A stretch of 64,000 nucleotides of DNA from positions 32,426,001 to 32,490,000 of the forward strand of contig NC_083231.1 in assembly GCF_032191835.1 (NCBI RefSeq). The letters are read 5' to 3'. Under the pieces are notes generated by a model. That model worked only from the letters and a program-made list of their open reading frames with translations, was not told the DNA's origin and ran no database searches. The translations under genes were made by a program, and so were the position numbers. How positions within the stretch are numbered: position 1 is the first letter of the stretch; the number at the start of each line of letters is the position of its first letter. Positions 59,526 to 64,000 of this stretch are shown piece by piece. This stretch comes from Heteronotia binoei. Its lineage: Eukaryota.

Positions 59526-62500
59526 CTTTCCCATGCCTCCATCTTGTGTCCTCCCCTCTCTTTGGCCTGGCATGGGGTGACCCCCAGGCTGGGATGACTC
59601 CCCAGGCCACTGACAAACCAGGACTCTTTGCAATGGCCATAATGTCACTGCCTTTAATAGATTTCATGGAATTTGGCTTTAGGGTACTTTCTCACCAACA
59701 CATAGAATTCACTGGGAAAATAACACCTTTAATTTAAACTCTTAAAAATATCACCTCTAAGCTTCCACATTTCACACAGTAATTTACAGTCTGTCACATC
59801 CCTACACAAGCAATAAGGGACAAGGCAATTTCCATTTCACATACGGGAAACTGGGTGAGCAACAGCAATGTGCTCACTTATCAAAGGGAACATCATACAT
59901 ATATAACTGTGTTGGGGCAATGACCGTCATGTATAACGAGCAAGAGATACAAGGATCATGAACAGAACACTAGACCATAAGCATAAAAAATTGAGTGGAA
60001 AATTCGGAAGACTATAAATGGTTCAAAAACAGAGCAAAATCTGTTCATTTTGCATGGACACTCCCATTATGGAAATAAGGCTCAGAGTTAGATGTGCATC
60101 TGTAGAGTAGAGGATGCAATATGCAAAAAAGGTAGGGACTAGAATAAGGAGAAAGCAAAGGGCCTACAAAAATGTCTGGGAGAACCAAGGGCAAAGAAAC
60201 AAACAGCTCAAAAACGACCATATTTTTCTTTCATTCAGAGAGAGACAGACTCTGAATGATCCAGCACTTACTTAAGTCTTTTATATTAAATCTGGCTTTT
60301 AGGGTATCTATTAATTTCATTTCATAGCATTAGACATCCTGCTGGACCAGGCATACGCCCCAAATTAACAGTAATTAACACCTAAAAATAGATTATGTAG
60401 ATTATATACTTTGGTCTACCACAAAGGACCATAATTTTTCGCTTTGATCTGAGCTACATATACAGGTATTACAACTGCTTTTCAAACAGCTTTTCACTCC
60501 CCTGCTTTCCTCTTCTGCCTGAAACATGCAAAAGCAACTCTGATTTTTACACTTTCATTTATAAAGTTCGTCTTTGAATATTAAATAATAAACTGTCTGC
60601 ATTCCTGTGTCCATAACAAAAGTCGCAAAACCAAACCATGAATACACAAAATGAGAGTTTCTATGTAATCAAGGTATGGAGGAAAAAATGACTTCATCCT
60701 TCATTAATTTACAAAAGGGAAAACCTAAGGACAAAAATCCTCCAGCCCAATAAGGGCTGAGCACTCTCAATTACCGTAGATGGAACACTGAGAGCAGCTG
60801 AATATCAGTTAAAGAAAAAGGGGGAAGGAAAGAGAAGATGGTGTTTTCCATAGGGGGACAGCCATGTATAGTTCTTCTGTTTCTGCTGTGGCTACCAATA
60901 CAGCCACAGCAACAGGGCCTACAGGTGGCAGAATTTCCCCACTCCAGCAGCAACCATTCTCTGTCCCTCTTCCCCTACAACTAGGGCCTTTTAGAGTGTG
61001 CCAACAGCCCCGAAGTGGCCATGGGACGCATGTGCCGGTGTTGGGGAGATGCCCAAGCCAGGAGTGAGGCTGAGTAGGAGGGTGCAGACAGAACATGAAG
61101 GAGGCGGGCACTAGGAACAACCACCCAATGGACATTCTGCTTTGGGGATGAAGGGAAGGGAGCACCAATTCGAAGGGATGTGGGATTCAAAGGGAGACCT
61201 CCAAGGACAGCCCAGAATGAGATGAACCCCAACACAGCTCTCAGGTCTGGGGCAATCCAACAGAGCAACAAAGGACCCTGGAAGTGGAGTCTCCTGGTGA
61301 ATGCAACCACCTCCCTTCACATCAGGGTTTCTGAGCCTGAGGAGCTGGAGGGTGAAACGTTGGGGTCAGGGACAGACCAGCTTGGCCCCAACACATTTTA
61401 AAATTGAAAGTGCCTAATCCCTTTTTTCTTTTCTCTATACATACCTCCCTCAGAAATGTTGCTGGGAATTTTTTTTAAAAGGGAACCTCAGAGAACCCAT
61501 TACACATATTATAGTTATACAGTTATAGCAATATGATACTCAGTTGCCAATCAGAAAAAAACAAAACTGCCCCCTGATGGCAGGGAAGAAAATGGTTACT
61601 GTGGGGAAAATGGCTGCCAAGAAGGGAGGGGGTGGAACTGGAAAAATATGAACTGTCTTGCCCACACAGCCTTTTGCTGCAATCTTTCCCAAACTTTGGA
61701 GCAAAACAGCTTTTTAAAAGGTTGAGAGAAAGGTGAGGAAACTATAGGAGGTAAATAAATGCACTGCAATGCTACAGGGAACCAAGAAAAAACTCACCTC
61801 ACAATGGCATCAAAACGGGGCAAATTACATGCATGGAAATGGCCCAAATCAGCCTGCTTAATCCTCATCGAACTCAGAGAATTCTGGAGGGCAAGATTTG
61901 CAAGCTGTTCCACCTTTCCCTGTGACTCTTTAGACCCAGTTTTTCCAATACCAACAGTTTAGATCACTGGTTTTAGCACTACACTACCTTTGTTCTGTTT
62001 CAACTTTAATTTCAATTTTATTGGTAATGGGGAGGAGTAGGATTCACAATGCAAAATCTAAAAGCAGGGCTTATGACTTGCAGCTCTGAACAGCTATCCC
62101 CATCCACACCTGTTCCAAAGGGGATGCATTTGATAAAGTACTGCTTCTTCCGAGGTTATGGTTTTGCCCCCCATAGATGTCATCTCCTCTCTGGGCATTT
62201 GAAATTCACAAGCAGTGGATAACCAAAGACATCAAATATATACAGAGTTAAAAGTGCCCAAATGGAAGAACTTGGTAACACTGATTTCTGCTTGCAGAAG
62301 GCAGCTATACTTTCACTATGTCAGTCAACCAATTAATCATTTGATATTATACAGTGAGGGACCTTGAAGTGTGTTTTAATACAAGCTTAATGCACTGTAA
62401 GCCTCACCTCTTTGCTTCTCATCCTCACTCCCGACACAGAAGCTTACTACCTCACAGGATTGTTGTGAGGATGAAATAGAAGGGTGGAAATAACGTGAGC

Positions 62501-63006
62501 CACTTTGGATTCTCATTGGGACAAAAATATACTATGATGGACCTTGCAGTAAAACAGATGCAAGCTAATCTGTTCAGACTTGCCTTCACCATCTTATTCA
62601 TTATCTTCCCCCACACAGTGCAAGTCAGTAGTAGTCCTTAACCTCACACATCCTCCCCACTCTTCTCCTGTCACCATATGGAACACAGAAGTGAACATCT
62701 AAACTGGAAGACTTGCCATTATTTAAACACAAGATCTTTCTTTAGAGTGGAATAGCTCAAAGCTGGCCTCTTCTCTAGTAGTTTCAATTACTGCACCGTT
62801 TCTCAATTTAAAACCATTTCTCTGCACAGCAAGGGGTGCTTGTCCAAACACTTTCTGAATACAAATTTATATCTTTACTTAACTGCACAAATGACTGTAA
62901 ACATGCAAATAGTTCTCTCTGCATGCAGACACTTTTCAGTGGTTTAGTTTTAACAGATGGAAATATGCAAAAACAAAGAAATTAAAGAACACTTGAGTAA
63001 TTTTAC

Positions 63007-63224
63007 CTCAGACTGCAAGTGTTGGATCACCAGAGTTAATGCTTCAAATTTCCTGTTACTGCTTGCCAAGCATTTCTTCAGTTGTTGGATAATTCCACTT
63101 TGGTGTTCACATTTTCTTTTGTATTGCGTCAACTCGTGTGTTTTTGTTTCTGTAGAATGTACTTCAGCAGAACTGCGGGTCTGTATGCATGAGTTCTTAG
63201 GACTCCTTTGCTTCCCCTTGTCAA
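63007..63224 (-). CDS. MTUS1: MTUS1 exon (first shared exon in window)
   Basis: 218-nt AG/GT exon, (V)DKGKQRSPKNSCIQT...ELTQYKRKCEHQSGIIQQLKKCLASSNRKFEALTLVIQHLQSE; phase-0 donor. Confidence 0.95.
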
Positions 63225-64000
63225 CTGCAAAAGCAAGACAAGAACACTATTTTTATTACATCAACTCTGAAGCTATAAATGAGTAAGAATCACATCAAAT
63301 CTTCCATTGTCCAAACTCTGCTAGTCAATGAACAATGTTTTTAAAAGAGCAAGCAGCACACTAAATTTCTGACTAAGAAAATTATTTAATTGGATTTGTA
63401 TGCTAGACTGGCTTTCAGTGAAGCATTGGATTTCACCCATGATTTTATAGTCAATGAGCTGAAGTTTATCCATTTATTGAATAACAACGTCTCCTATTCT
63501 CATATACTTTTCCCATTTCAGCACAGTTACCAACAGTATTGGAGTTCAACAGTATTGCAACTCTTCTGGTATTGCAACTTTGAATGCAGAAGGTGACATA
63601 ATCCATTTTGTATTCATTGTATTTTAATTGGCATAACTAGTGTAACATTTCTATGCATGTTACAATTCAGCATATTTTGTGTCTTCAACATTTGTGTTTT
63701 CAACATCAACAAGTCAGCATACTTTGTGTTCTTAACATTTTCACAAATCTAACCTTCATTTCTTTCTTTCAGACCTTCCAGTTAGATTTAGCCAATTGTT
63801 TATTGTTAGACTCCTGTTGCCAAGTTACTAAAGCTTTGTATCGCAATACACAGGCCAAAATTAAAGGGCTTCCCAAGTCAATTGAACAATATATTGCTTA
63901 ACCATTATAAGTCAAGATGTGAAAAGATAATTACTAAGATGGAGCCAGAAAGGCTACAGGGTTACTTCCTGCAATTCTAGTACCTTAACTGTCATAAGTT

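Noticed and set aside
60771-61401. Moderately GC-rich block with several short ORFs
   Set aside because: No recognisable protein, repeat termini or splice structure; it cannot be supported without a database search.

Overview
Eukaryotic window from a squamate reptile, most likely a gecko (inferred from its repeat families). It holds the 3' parts of two convergent genes in the same arrangement as human 8p22: PDGFRL (+ strand, last four coding exons, 7644-13334) and MTUS1/ATIP (- strand, nine coding exons, 63224-20248, one GC-AG intron). All exons join in frame. Main observations: (1) an apparent alternative MTUS1 first exon (43556-43503) encoding MGCSSSKMCLYSQCAGKK, a myristoylation/palmitoylation-type N-terminus that splices in frame to give a 347-aa CCDC69-like short isoform; (2) a young full-length Gypsy (Mag-like) LTR element (2720-7554; 295-bp LTRs with 2 differences, TG...TA ends, tRNA-Ser PBS, 5-bp TSD) with an even younger L2-type tail nested in its integrase, ending 89 nt before a PDGFRL exon whose acceptor is duplicated into a stop-creating decoy; (3) Penelope-like remnants with decayed hammerhead cores; (4) several long fold-back MITEs and a dense cluster of inverted hAT MITEs in MTUS1 introns that could form dsRNA. 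No CRISPR array and no genuine tRNA/rRNA genes were found. Repeat family names come from recalled consensus motifs, not database searches.
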